This document shows positions 14,481 through 27,826 of a stretch of 64,000 nucleotides of DNA, in pieces (position 1 is the first letter of the stretch; each line of letters starts with the position of its first letter). The DNA is taken from NCBI GenBank assembly GCA_012295275.1, contig CM022665.1:3038001-3102000 (forward strand), read 5' to 3'. The position numbers and the translations under genes are program-made. Origin of the DNA: Chrysomallon squamiferum. Lineage: Eukaryota; Animalia; Mollusca. A model generated the notes under the pieces. It made no database searches, was not told the origin of the DNA, and saw only the letters and a program-made list of their open reading frames with translations.

Positions 14481-14992
14481 GACACAGGGAAGGATACACA
14501 GACAGACCGATGGATATACAAATGGCCCAAGGGACAAATAAAGGAACTGATAGATGCAAAGATTTGTTAGAGAAATGGAAATGAGAATTAATGAAACAGT
14601 CAACCTCTCTCTTGAGAAAACTAGCCAGATCAGCAGTATGTAATCAAACATTGCTGTCTAGACTGGGGGAGAGACACTGTTACTAAAAACAGTTATCACT
14701 GGAATAATGTTTTCACAGTAAATAGGTTAGTGATTTCAAAGGTGTCTGTAGGAGTACTTTGTCTGAACAGAAATGCTGCTGGCCTTTAAATGGAATGACA
14801 GATCTATGTTACACATCTGCTCATAACAACAGAGACTCTCCTCTTGTTTAAATGTGATGAATGTTCTCAGACACAAATCAGAAATTTATTGTTTGGGTAA
14901 AATCATTAAAATCCTTCTTGTTTTTTTTTAAAATGATTTAATATTGGGAAGTCGATATCAGGGGTTTGTATGTCTGACTCCAAATGTATTCC

Positions 14993-14996
<4 letters not shown>

Positions 14997-15044
<48 letters not shown>

Positions 15045-15290
15045 CACACACACACACACACACACACAAATATATGTTTGTATGTTTGCATGTATGTATG
15101 TATGTATGTATGTATGTATGTATGTGTGTATGTATATGTATATATGAGATGAGTATGTATGTGTATATAAGTGTGTATGAGGTTGTTGATCTGTAGAGAG
15201 GTATGAGATGAATGTGTATGTATATATGTGTGTGTATGAGATGAGGGTGTGTATACATGTTTGTGAGGTGAGGGTGTGTGTGTGTGTGTA
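14997..15290. repeat. Compound (TG)n/(AG)n/(CA)n/(TATG)n microsatellite
   Basis: Direct reading. Confidence 0.95.
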
Positions 15291-15310
15291 CACACATTAA
15301 AATCACTGAC

Positions 15311-15507
15311 CTCCTTCGCCTGTACCTGTGTGTTTTTTTCATCCTGTACAGGTACGTGGGGTGACCCAGTCTGGCAGACTCCCAGAGGGCTGTCTGCATA
15401 ATTACACATTATCAGCTTGCTGGTCGTAGATGTGTTGAAAAACACTTCACATCATTCACATTAATTGCATGGCTTGAGTGATGGAACACACTTCTCTCTG
15501 CATAATT
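15311..15507 (-). other. Candidate 197-nt internal exon of a minus-strand transcript (5' UTR, lncRNA or small-ORF exon)
   Basis: Long poly-T tract plus cattttag| acceptor (AG at 15509-15508) and donor GAG|GTCAGT (GT at 15310-15309). Forms a complex, GC-richer island flanked by simple repeats. Contains several ATGs, e.g. 15399 (MQTALWESARLGHPTYLYRMKKTHRYRRR). Confidence 0.6.
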
Positions 15508-15877
15508 CTAAAATGAAAAAAAAAAAAAAAAAAAATATGGGATGAGTGAAAATAAAAAAAAAATAAAAAAATCAGTTGTTAGTACATGCAGTTATCAGCC
15601 ACAATGAAACAATGCAAACTCAGAACTTTGTGACAGCGTTTCAAAAAGAAAATCTTAATTTCGTACTGTACACATATATTTATTATCACAGTTTTAAACA
15701 GTTAAGTAATATTGTTATTCAGTCCAGTGAAGATGTCTTGTATAACAGTTAGAAGAATGAATGTTTTGCCAACATGTGTTTCTAGAATGATTGAACATAA
15801 TTATGTTGTGCTTTCAATTTAATCTGTTGATTTAATTATGAGGACTCTACATCTACAAACTGTCTGAATATCCAAAA

Positions 15878-16053
15878 ATAGTAGTAGTAGTAGCAATAGT
15901 AGTAGTAATGGTAGTGGTAGTGGTAGTAGTCATGGTAGTAGCACCAGTAGCAGAATCAACACAGTAATAATGGTGATAGTAATAATAATAATAATAATAA
16001 TAAAAACAATAGCAGTAATAAATAATAAATAATAAATAATATATATATATATA
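15878..16053. repeat. (TAG/TGG)n and (TAA)n microsatellite cluster
   Basis: Direct reading. Confidence 0.9.
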
Positions 16054-16314
16054 TTCCAAAAGATTTTTTTCTTAAACAGTTACCACATTCTGCTACAGTT
16101 CGTTCCAAAACAATATAGTAAAGCACATTAGCACAGTGACTTCAATATATCTGAGTTAAGTTAATATAAATGTCATTTGTTAGAAGAGTGGTAAAGAGCA
16201 GAACTAGATTCTGTCTTCACTTAGTAATTCAGTCCAGTATCGACTGAATATTTGTGAGTTACTGTTACATTCGACATAAATCTGTAACTTCTACTAATTT
16301 GTACTCATACTGTT

Positions 16315-16550
16315 GTGTTCCCATCCCCATTTACCAATCCCAGCCAGTGTTCCATGACTGGTTCAACTAAGGACATGGTACCTGCTTTTCTGTTTATGAG
16401 AAGATGAAATTTCACTTGCTGCCACTTCTGAAAGATTGACACATTGTACTGTGGTATCAAGTTTGTTACTCAGTCCTGTGTTTTGTGACATATAATAATA
16501 GATTACAAAACTGTCAACGGGTCTTTAAATATAATATTTCTTTTTCTTTT
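16315..16550 (+). mobile_element. Degenerate SINE copy (central domain plus 3' tail)
   Basis: cccagccagtgttccatgactggttcaactaaggacatggta and ttcacttgctgc are shared with the copies at 36.9 and 37.6 kb. Ends in gtctttaaatataatatttctttt. Confidence 0.7.
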
Positions 16551-16904
16551 CATTGTATTCCTCAAATATAATATTTCTTCTTCCTTTCAGTGTATTCCTC
16601 AAATATAATATTTGTTCTTCTTTTCAGAGTATTCCTTAAATATTTCTTCTTCTTTTCTATATAAGCCATAAATAGTTTTTCCTTAAATCTTTCTTGAGTC
16701 ATTAAATACACTTCTTCATCATTTGTGCTCATTCCTTAAATATGTTTTTCCTCTTCCTTTTAGTCTGTTTATTAAATATGACATTTCTTCTTTTCTGTGT
16801 GTGGCATATTTCCTCCTTTCTCTGTATTCCTTAAATACATTATTTCTTCTTCCTTTCTGTGCATTCCTTAAAGATAACATTTCTTTTTCCTTAACTGTAA
16901 TATT
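16520..16904. repeat. Degenerate proximal copies of the 37-bp minisatellite
   Basis: Variants of gtattcct(c/t)aaatata..atttcttcttcctt. Confidence 0.8.
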
Positions 16905-18086
16905 ACCCTGTATTCCTTAAATATAGCATCTCTTCTTCCTTACTGTGTATTCCTTAAATATAGCATTTCTTCTTCCTTGCTGTGTATTCCTTAAATATAG
17001 CATTTCTTCTTCCTTACTGTGTATTCCTTAAATATAGCATTTCTTCTTCCTTACTGTGTATTCCTTAAATTTAGCATCTCTTCTTCCTTACTGTGTATTC
17101 CTTAAATATAGCATCTCTTCTTCCTTACTGTGTATTCCTTAAATATAGCATTTCTTCTTCCTTACTGTGTATTCCTTAAATATAGCATTTCTTCTTCCTT
17201 GCTATGTATTCCTTAAATATAGCATTTCTTCTTCCTTGCTGTGTATTCCTTAAATATAGCATTTCTTCTTCCTTACTGTGTATTCCTTAAATATAGCATC
17301 TCTTCTTCCTTGCTGTGTATTCCTTAAATATAGCATCTCTTCTTCCTTGCTGTGTATTCCTTAAATTTAGCATCTCTTCTTCCTTACTGTGTATTCCTTA
17401 AATTTAGCATCTCTTCTTCCTTACTGTGTATTCCTTAAATATAGCATTTCTTCTTCCTTACTGTGTATTCCTTAAATATAGCATTTCTTCTTCCTTACTG
17501 TGTATTCCTTAAATATAGCATTTCTTCTTCCTTACCCTGTATTCCTTAAATATAGCATTTCTTCTTCCTTGCTGTGTATTCCTTAAATATAGCATTTCTT
17601 CTTCCTTACCCTGTATTCCTTAAATATAGCATTTCTTCTTCCTTGCTGTGTATTCCTTAAATATAGCATTTCTTCTTCCTTACTGTGTATTCCTTAAATA
17701 TAGCATTTCTTCTTCCTTACTGTGTATTCCTTAAATTTAGTATCTCTTCTTCCTTACTCTGTATTCCTTAAATATAGCATCTCTTCTTCCTTACTGTGTA
17801 TTCCTTAAATATAGCATTTCTTCTTCCTTACTGTGTATTCCTTAAATATAAATGTGTATTCCTTAAATTTAGCATCTCTTCTTCCTTACTGTGTATTCCT
17901 TAAATATAGCATCTCTTCTTCCTTACTGTGTATTCCTTAAATATAGCATTTCTTCTTCCTTACTGTGTATTCCTTAAATATAGCATTTCTTCTTCCTTAC
18001 CCTGTATTCCTTAAATATAGCATTTCTTCTTCCTTACTGTGTATTCCTTAAATATAGCATTTCTTCTTCCTTACTGTGTATTCCTT
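16905..18086. repeat. 37-bp minisatellite (ttccttaaatatagcatttcttcttccttactgtgta), about 32 near-identical copies
   Basis: Period of 37 measured (atatagc at 16921 and 16958). Recurrent variants atatag/atttag, catttc/catctc and ttactgtg/ttgctgtg/ttaccctg; one truncated unit near 17850. Confidence 0.98.
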
Positions 18087-18354
18087 TCCTTTGGTAGGTA
18101 AGACAGTACGTTAGTAAAAACATGTTAGTGCAGGCGACCTGTACGTCTTCACTGATAACTGGGCTAGTGCCAGATCAGACATACCAGCATAAATCCTATG
18201 ATATGAGGTGGACAGGTTAATACACTGATAACACACATTTTAAACACATTACAAATATGCTGCCAAAAACTAAGAAATTAAAAAATTTTGGTGGAAAAAC
18301 CATTTTGCAGAAGTTGCGTTTTAAAATACTGAAGTAGATGGTTTTTTTTCAAAA

Positions 18355-18548
18355 TGTGTGTAGGTGTTAATGTGTATCTATGTGTGTGATGAGTGTGTGC
18401 ATCAAAGTGTGTGTGTGTGTGTGTGAATGTGTATGTGCAGGTGTGTGTGAGTATATGTATGTGTGTGTGTGTGACTTAGTGTGTGTGTTCATGTGTGTGT
18501 GTGTGAATGTGTATGTCTGTATATGTATGTGACTATATCTGTGTGTGA
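18355..18548. repeat. Degenerate (TG)n/(TGTA)n tract
   Basis: Direct reading. Confidence 0.9.
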
Positions 18549-21548
18549 GAAAAAGAATAGAAAAAAGAGTATGAGATCATTTTTTTTTTTTTCACAGCCT
18601 TGTAACAAATGAAATGATAGAGAACAGAAGCTGTATACTTGACCTGCGAGAGTTTCTCATGACTTGCAGTTGTTTCTCAAATGACTCATTTACACTTGTT
18701 AGGAAACAGCAGCTACGGTAACCTCATTTTTTTTTTTTTTTTTTTCACCAACATTGCTTTCAAGATTTAATAACATCATAAAACAAGTTCTGTTGTTGAC
18801 TTAATTCCAAGTTGGTAAAAAAAAAATACTGTGAATAGTTCTTATTACTAAATGTTGTAGGTATCATATGTCATAAGCACAGTCAGAAACTGAAGTTATT
18901 AAAACTGATAACTGAAATAAGGAACACACATCATCGTTTCTGACACTCAGACTGTCAGCCAGCTCATCAGAAAAGTTTCAAGGTGTGGTTGGTAGCTCAG
19001 TGCTGAGTTTACAGACTTGATTCTTTGAATGATCAGTTCTCTTATTATGTTATTTCCAATTCTGGATGGAGCCTCATAAAATGATTTATCAAAGACTAAG
19101 ATATGTACTTTCCTCTTTGGCACTGTGCATAAAAAAAGACACCTTGCTGCTAATATGTTGCTGGTGTAGAGTATTATTGACATTGAGTAATCTTTTCAAA
19201 TGAAAGATATCAGGTTGTTAAACTATATTTCTTTAATCAAAGATAATTTCATCTTTATTGTTACTGCATAAAAAATTAGACAGATGATTTATTCTATTCA
19301 TGTATCTTTATTAATTTTAATTTTTAATTAACAAATTATTCAGACCTGCTAACATGACTTCACGTAACACTGGTAATAACATTTTTGATTGGTTTGTTAT
19401 CATCGCGTATCCAGTGGTTGCTTGTTGTTGTACGTTGTCATCACAGTGTAATTAGCTCATTACACCTGCCTTCTACAAGAGCGACCCGAGCTGTAAGGTG
19501 TATCTGCCTGTGTGGACTAGATAATGTACTGATAACACTTCTTTACATTTGGCAAATACAGAGAGGTAACAAGACCTGAGAAAGTAATAAAAGACGGCAA
19601 AATATTTTTCTTCAGAGATAACCAATGACTCATTTTGTTTTACTAGTTAAAACGTTGAGTCATTTCATACATCATAGCATATAGTCTTTTATCATAAATA
19701 TTTCATCAGTTTGTGGACAGGTGGAATATCAGATATAATCTGTTTTTGTAAACAGCTGCAGTCCTCATAGAAACAATAGTAATTGATATACATTGTGTAT
19801 AGATGTAAAAACAAAAATCAAATTTGCCGTTTGTGACTCATCACTGTATGTAGTGTAAATATTCTTAAGGACTGAGAATGAAATGAAAATGTTTTATGAT
19901 TTTCAGAATAATTTTTGTGTGTGAATGTTGTTCTACAATTACAAACAGTTTATGAGTTACACAAAATGGTCCTTTTAGTTTTGAAATTATAAATATTTTA
20001 TCATCTACACACAATATATGTGTATGTATTACATTTGGTCATCTTAAATTCACTTCAAACAATTCAGTGAACTGCTTAAATTTAACAAAGAATATAAACA
20101 AGTGATTTTGAAAATTAATTTATTTTTATACAAAATATAAACAGCAGAAAAATTTTGACAGATATTTTATTTATTATTTTTAGTTATTTTTTGTTTATTT
20201 TCTTCTTATTTGTTTATTTATTTATTATTATTTTTTTTTTTGTAATCTTCTGAATTCTTGCTTATATATTGGCATCTTGGGTTCAACCTAAAAGATAAAA
20301 AAAAATAAAATAATAACTATCATAATAACTGGAAACAAAATATAGTAATAGCCGTTATAAGAGATTATATAAATGAGACCAATATTTCAGATAATTTAAA
20401 AGATGAAGGATTACAGGAAACTATTATAATTATAATTAAAACTGAAAAATAATGACAATTATCATTATATTAACTCTAAATAAATGAAATGAGATTTAGC
20501 CTAAAAATGATTAAAACAGTGACAATTACAGAAATTATAATTTAAAAAAATATACAGTGATAACTATCATGACATTAAATAAATGAGGTCAGACGTACAA
20601 GAAAGCTATGAAATATGTAAGAGTAAACTAGTACAAGGTGTTGTGACTGTGAAGTAAATTCCTTACAAATGTGTCTATGTAAGATGTCACAGTGACAGAC
20701 AAGTGACAATAGCAGCAGAACTCTGACCACACCTACATGTCACTTTTACACAGGACACCTGACCTTCACCATGATCAGCCCCTCATCAGATGGACATTTG
20801 TACCAGTGATCAGTGAACAGCAAGAAAATCATTAATCTGATCCCAGACAATCAGTGTGAAAATACTTAAGATTGCTTTCTTGATTACTTTCTTGATTACT
20901 TTCTTGTTCTTAGCTGGAATTATTTTAATCTGTTGAAAAATATAGTTTTAAAAAACCCAGTATTTTATTATCTCTAGTTAAACATGAAATTTATTTCAAC
21001 AAATTAATCCCGACAATCCAGTTTTCTTAGACTTCCAGTCTACTTCATCGTGTTACCATGACATATGTGCTTTGACTTTTTTGTGGATCAAGCAGATTTC
21101 CACCGATGTCTTAGACAGTATCAGAAACCCTGGCTCGGCAGAGAGTTTGACTGACAGACTGACTAATTACTAATTAAGATACTGACAGATGTACGGACAT
21201 CTGCAATTAACGGACTAACACCTACAAGTATCGTGTTATATGAGACATGAGTAAGTAGCTAAGTAAGACACACACTCGACAGAGACACTACTACCCTTTG
21301 TAACAGCCTGATGAAGACATATTACAGGCCTGACCAATAAAACAAACACAATATAGATGTTGGAGTTATGAAATCTATACCACACGTGTTGTCATTGCCT
21401 TACCTGACCCCCTTCAATTGTTATCAGATTGGAGACTCAAGAAATACATCTATCAATATTTGGCTTAACAACTTTCCCACGGTGCGGCTCAGCTGAGCTA
21501 TTTTTGCAGATGAGTTATGAGCCCCTGTAGCCGCAGGTCAAAGCTTAC

Positions 21549-21800
21549 CTTTATTTATTTCATTGGAAATTTAGAGGTAATTTGATACACAAACATCTTC
21601 TGAGGTGCAAATACTACTAAGCTTCGAGCACTGCACTGAACACATCCTACATCTTCTTGAGCAAGAGCCTCAGCCGAAGTAACATTTTTGGATAATTTAG
21701 TTATTATGCACGTTTGATGAGAGTGGGATATACCTTTGTTTGAAGACACGCGTACACTGAAGTGTGCGTTGCTGGAGAATGAAGTGAACAGTGCTACAGA
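21549..21800 (-). other. Candidate alternative first (non-coding) exon and internal promoter
   Basis: Consensus donor AAG|GTAAGC (GT at 21548-21547). Local CpG-retaining island (about 21100-21870) inside the CpG-depleted domain. No obvious acceptor; 5' boundary is a guess. A CSL site lies about 70 bp into the intron (21474-21481). Confidence 0.4.
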
Positions 21801-21967
21801 AGGCAAAGGTAGGAGAGCTAATAGTCACTTATTACTTTAACAGCAACAGTGGATTAAAGAGGCAGCCACCCGTTAGGTGAACAACACAATGAAAACACTA
21901 CAGCATGTGTCAAGTGAGGTTAGAATGTAACATGTGTAAATTATATATTTGTTATTTGTTGTATTAT

Positions 21968-22358
21968 GATATACATATATATATATATATATATTATATA
22001 CGTGTGTATGTATGTATTTACAAACATATATGTACAGACACACTCAGATACAGGTACATACATACATACATACATACACTTTATATATACACATATATAA
22101 AGACAGACTGACAGACAAACACACACACACACAGACACACATATATACATACACACATACATACATACACACATACATACACACATACACATACACACAT
22201 ACATACACATACACACATACACACATACATACACACATACACACACATACATACACATACATACACACATACACACATACATACACACATACATACATAC
22301 ATACATACACACATACATACAGAGGGACAGAGAGACAGACATATATACACACATATGT

Positions 22359-22405
<47 letters not shown>

Positions 22406-22416
22406 TACATACACAC
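21968..22416. repeat. Long compound (AT)/(CA)/(TACA) microsatellite
   Basis: Direct reading; source of several spurious overlapping ORFs. Confidence 0.97.
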
Positions 22417-24667
22417 ATCATTTTCCTAAAATATAATCCACAAATAAGATGGCAATAAAATAAAAAAAAAAATTAAGGTAAGTATTTATTTTCAAAATCA
22501 GTTAAATAAAATTAAATAAATAAGGGTGGATATTTGTAAACAGATCCATAATCCACTTTTTATGCTTTAATTTGCTGGTAAAAAAACAACAAGATGGTCC
22601 AACATTAATCATTGCAGGTTTTCAATAACCATTCAATACTGAAAGAAATTACTTTTACACTCAGATTTCTTTTTCTTTTTTTTTCCCCCCTTCTCTCTAT
22701 TGTTACATTATAAAGACAAATTAATGGGGAGAAAATACAAATGATTTACTTATAGGATCAGTGACAGATTATGGAATGACTTGACTCTGATATCTACACG
22801 ATCATAAAAGTAACACTGGGATTTTTATATCTTTCACTCTTTTTTTTTTTTTTTTTGGTTCATGAACCTTATGAAAATCAACTTAATAATAAAAACGTAG
22901 AGAGTGACAAAAGAAAAAACGAAAAAAAAAAACAAAAAAAAAAAAAAAAACGTTGTATGTTTGTGTGGACATACCTATCCCAGTTCACAGCAGAGACAGC
23001 ACAGTGCGTCTTTTGTTTCCATCTTGTGTCCCGCAAATCCAAGCCATGTTAGTTCAAGTAATGGGGGGAATGCTCGGCAAACACAACACAGACAAGAACC
23101 CATTGCTGTGATATTTTTCTCAATAAATATGCATTTTATTGCAATATTTCATCACTTGAAGAATATTTCCAAGAAAACGTGGGTCACAGACGTGAACTTT
23201 GGTTACTTGTTTTGAGAGTCTCTCAGGCAGGAACCCTGGGAAAAATCAACAGTGAAGGTGGGGTCATCGTAGCTAAACCTGTGAAGTAGGTAATTACACA
23301 ATTGTTATCACACACCATGTTATTTTTATCAGTTTATGCTTTTAAGCTCTTTATTTTCACATCAACGACAGTTTGCTTCTTCCTCTTAAAACATTATAAT
23401 TAGTATCTGGAATAATTAAAAAAAAAAAAAAAAAAAAAAATTAAAAAAAATTAAAAATTCCATGTCACTTTAATGCTGCTGTGTGTTAATACATTAGTTA
23501 CAAAAATAGATGTGTCTGTTAGCTCATGTTAATTGAAGGGCTAAACAAAGACTTCAAACAATAGTGCCCTCTCTTTTTCTTTTTTTCTCTTCCTTTTTTT
23601 TTAAATTATAATATTTTATCCAGTACCATAACCAGTGTAAATCTAATATTTTTGTAAAAAAAAAAGTATCACAAACAGAGAGAGTTTGATATCCTGAAAG
23701 AATAAATGATTAAACATTTGTTTAATGATACAGACTTATCAAAATATAAACATAATGTAAGTTTGGAGTACTTTGATCATTATATGAAAAAGAAAATGGA
23801 TTCCATCAATCAAGTGGAAAGCAAGTTATCTTTAATAACATGTTACAAATAATTCTTTCAGTGTCATTGTTTGGAATGGGAAAAAAACACAACACAGTTG
23901 AGTATAGCATTAGGGTGTTCTTTGTGTATTTGCTTGAGTGACATGATATATATCATATGTTCACGTGATGTACTCTTTGTTTTAAAACTGATATCATCAG
24001 AGAACAAGTTGCAGTTAGCATGTTTCCTGTCTCATACTTTTGAAATAAAAAGCTGCTGAAATTTCCTGAAGCAAAATACCAGTTCATTCATGGGCATCTG
24101 CAGCTGATTTTGTAACCTGTTTAGTAATGTTGTAGGTAAATATATGCTTAATTTTCAAATTGTCATTAATGATAAACAACAGTGCATGCATGGTCATACA
24201 AACACACACGCACACAAATAGATACACACACAAACGCACTCGTACACATATACACTTATATGGATATATATATATTTTGAAGATAAAAAAAAAAATTGGA
24301 TTAGATGAAGAAAAAAAAACAGGTATCATAAAGGACAGTTCTCCATCTCTTGTGTTTATCCCATATTGATATTCACAAACGTATTCTGCACTTTGAGTTT
24401 AAACAGAGGAGTGCAAAGTTACACTCAAAGGCTGCTTTCCACTGAAAGCTTCTTAATGGTTACATCAATGCACAAGTGTAATTCTAGATGCATCGTATGA
24501 GGTAACTATCACTTGCAATTGAACATTAAGCAAAACAGAAAATAAACAGAGGAGAAATCTGATTGGACGAGAGAAGCAGATGATGTTGTCATATCAACAA
24601 AGGATGAGACTGAATTGAATGGAAGAGAAAAATAAAGTTGTTTAGTATTGTTTGATATTTATAATAC

Positions 24668-24724
<57 letters not shown>

Positions 24725-24820
24725 AAAAATTAGTGAAAAAAAAAATGTATATACATAAAATTAGTGAAAAAAAAAAATATATTATATATATAAAATTAGT
24801 GAAAAAATATATATATATAA
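24668..24820. repeat. (AT)n(TG)n(AT)n microsatellite followed by three copies of taaaattagtgaaaaaa(n)
   Basis: Direct reading. Confidence 0.9.
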
Positions 24821-25313
24821 AGAAATTTAAAATAGTAATAATAATATAATTTTAAAAATATGATTTACTTTTTAACAGCCAGGAATGCAGTTATCTATAA
24901 ACATAATTTCATCAGAAACTACAAGTTTAACAGAAAGAGTAAACAAAATAGTTTTTTTAAGGAAAGTGATACCACATTAAGAACTTTGTGAGATTTATAA
25001 AGCTGGGAGTGTGCAATATTTGTTTTATTTATTAATATCCTAATTCTCCAAGTATGACCCACATGTCTTGCTGTGTGATTTTCACAATGGTAGGTTAAGA
25101 TTTATGTGTTTGATCAAACTACAATAAGGAAATTCTCCTGAAACAAATCTCTGAGATTCATTTGAGATAACTGCAGAGGCCACTTTGACAACACTTCAAT
25201 GCTTCTTTTGTGCTAACAAACATGTTATGGGAACCAGTGGTTGAGGCATCAGATAAAAAAAATATATATACAGAAAAAAAAAAAAAAAAAAAAAATTCTT
25301 TCCTTTAAAAACT

Positions 25314-25358
<45 letters not shown>

Positions 25359-27437
25359 AAAAAATTAAAAATTAAAAATGAAAAGAAAAAGATACACTTA
25401 AAAAAAAAAAAAAAAAAAAAAAAAATTATCAGTTTAATTTTATCTAATTTTTGGCAATCTCCAACTTAAAAGACTGTAATTCAGTCTCGGTTTGTAAGTT
25501 TGTTTTACTGAGTTTGTGGGGGGGGATTAGTGGAAAGGGGGATTATTATTTTTTTTAATATCTTTCACACAGAATTTTTACAAATAGTTTCTATATAGAG
25601 ACTTCTATTTTAAATGTGTGTGTGTGTGTGTGCATGTTTGTATGTGTATGTGGATATAATATCTGATACATTAAAGCCAAAGTATGTAATATCATGTCTA
25701 CAGGAACTACAAACAAATTATTTTCCACTGATAATAAAAACAATCACAGCTAGTTCTTTCTTGTGATGTCAGAACTTCACCATCACAGTAAATTATCTTT
25801 CAGCTAAACAAACTACTGACTGTCACTCACTGAAAATAATTTATATTGAAAAACTTCCCATGCTACTTGCTAAATGTAAAATATTAAAACATCCAACAGT
25901 CAGGAACAGTTTCCTGCATTAGCAATAATACTGACAGAGAGAGATAATTATGATTAGTCATTTAAAAAACAGACCATGAACACACACACACACACACACA
26001 CACAGACACACAAAACACATGCATGTATGTATGCATACATTTGCACTATTAGATATATGAGAGAAGAGATGCTAATACAGATATAATGTAGAAAATTAAT
26101 TATAATATAAATAACTGTATGTATGCAGTCTTTGTATTGTCCCTTCTCATTTGGCATCTTTAGTAACAAAAAGCGATTGTAGTCTCTGAAAAGTGTTTTG
26201 AAAATGGTTACGACTGTGAAAAAATGTATCATTACATTTGTTAATACAGCCAGATAAATGTGCATCACTAACCAGACAAGGACAATGTGTATACTCTAAC
26301 AGTGATGCTGAACAATAACAGGAAAACTAAAACAAGGTTCTGCAACAGGCCACAGTTAATACAGTGTGTATTACCACTAGATGCACATAATGTATCAGCA
26401 TTTTACAGCAAATGAGATTAAACACTGCGATTGATTTCTGTGAAGTATTTACAATCCATGTACACAGAGCGACAGATGGTATGACACATAAATGTGAATT
26501 TTTAACTGATGACAACACATGCAGCAGTCTCCTAAATTACATATGTAAAATATCCTTCACAAAATATATTCTCTGTCTTCCCCTTGCATTCTCTCTCTCT
26601 CTGCCATCCCCCATCCCTTTCTCTCTCTTTTCCTCCCTTTCTTTCTGTCTCTCTGTCTCCCTGTCTCTGAAAGTATCTGTATATCTGTCTCTCTTAGTAT
26701 CTTTGTGTATATCTTTCTCACTCTTTCTTTTTTTTTTTCTTCTCGTTTTCCAAATGTGGCAGAAATGAAAAATGTTTTAGTTTAAAATCCATTTTATTTT
26801 ATTGTGGATGTTACAGGTAGATAATGTGATTGTTGCAGAAGAATGTCATCAGTCTCTGAAGAGGTCAACACACCATACACAACTGTTGAGAAAAAAAAAG
26901 AAAGAAAAAAAAAAAAAAACCCACACAATTTCCCTAAATCTAATGTCAGTTATTTCTTATTTATTTCCAGATGTGTCCCCACCCACTTTATAATTATCAC
27001 TTCTGCAAGAAAATGTCAGCAGAGCTGGAGGTCAAAATTGTAGAAAATGTTGCAATACTGGTTTACAAACACCAAAATTTTGTCGAATTTGAAAACAACA
27101 AATTAAAAAAAAAAAATAATAATAATAAAAATAACGTAACGAGCACAGCTAGAATTTCTAATGAATTAGTAAAAAAAAAAAAAAATTATGATTTTTCTTT
27201 TCCTTTTTTTTTTCTTTTTTTTTTCCTTAACACGTTTCAAAGACAATAACTGCAGCTGAGATCTGAGGTCTGTGTTCAAAGTTCAGCAATTTCATAATAA
27301 TTAGTCATATCATCTTTCACTGTGTCTGGTCTCGGTGCGGATAAGTGGTATTACTTTACACTGGGAGCTGGATGCATGGGTAACTAGTTAGAGTGTTAGT
27401 AAGATTGTTTTTCACATTGTTTCTTCTGTGTACAGAC

Positions 27438-27826
27438 ATGAATAAAGAAACGAATAAGTTTGTGGATACTGTCTAATAATACCTCGGTAGACTGGTTGTT
27501 CTCAATATTCACTGTAGAATGAATTAATGAATTAATTAAAAACAGAGTTTAATCAACATATTGGTTGTTCTGATTACTGGGCATAAAATAAATGAATAAA
27601 TAAATGAATGAATGAATATGTGTCTGACGGTGCTGTACTTAAGTGTTGTTCTGAATGCTGAGTGTAAAATGAATGAATAAATGAATAAAATAAAGAACAG
27701 TCTCTAAAAATACCTCAGTACATATGTTATTCTGAATACTAGGTGTAGACTAGATGAATAAATGAATAAATATATGTTTAACAACACCTGAATGTATTCT
27801 AACATCGATGGTTATTGGGTGTCATC
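27438..27826. repeat. Old degenerate tandem array, about 5 units of 70-85 bp, each with a (GAAT/AAAT)n block
   Basis: Recurrent atgaataaatgaat blocks alternate with gttgttctga(a/t)t(a/g)ctg.gtgta-like blocks. Confidence 0.65.

Noticed and set aside
16905-18086. 37-bp array as a CRISPR array
   Set aside because: Units are head-to-tail with no unique spacers, there are no cas genes, and the context is eukaryotic.
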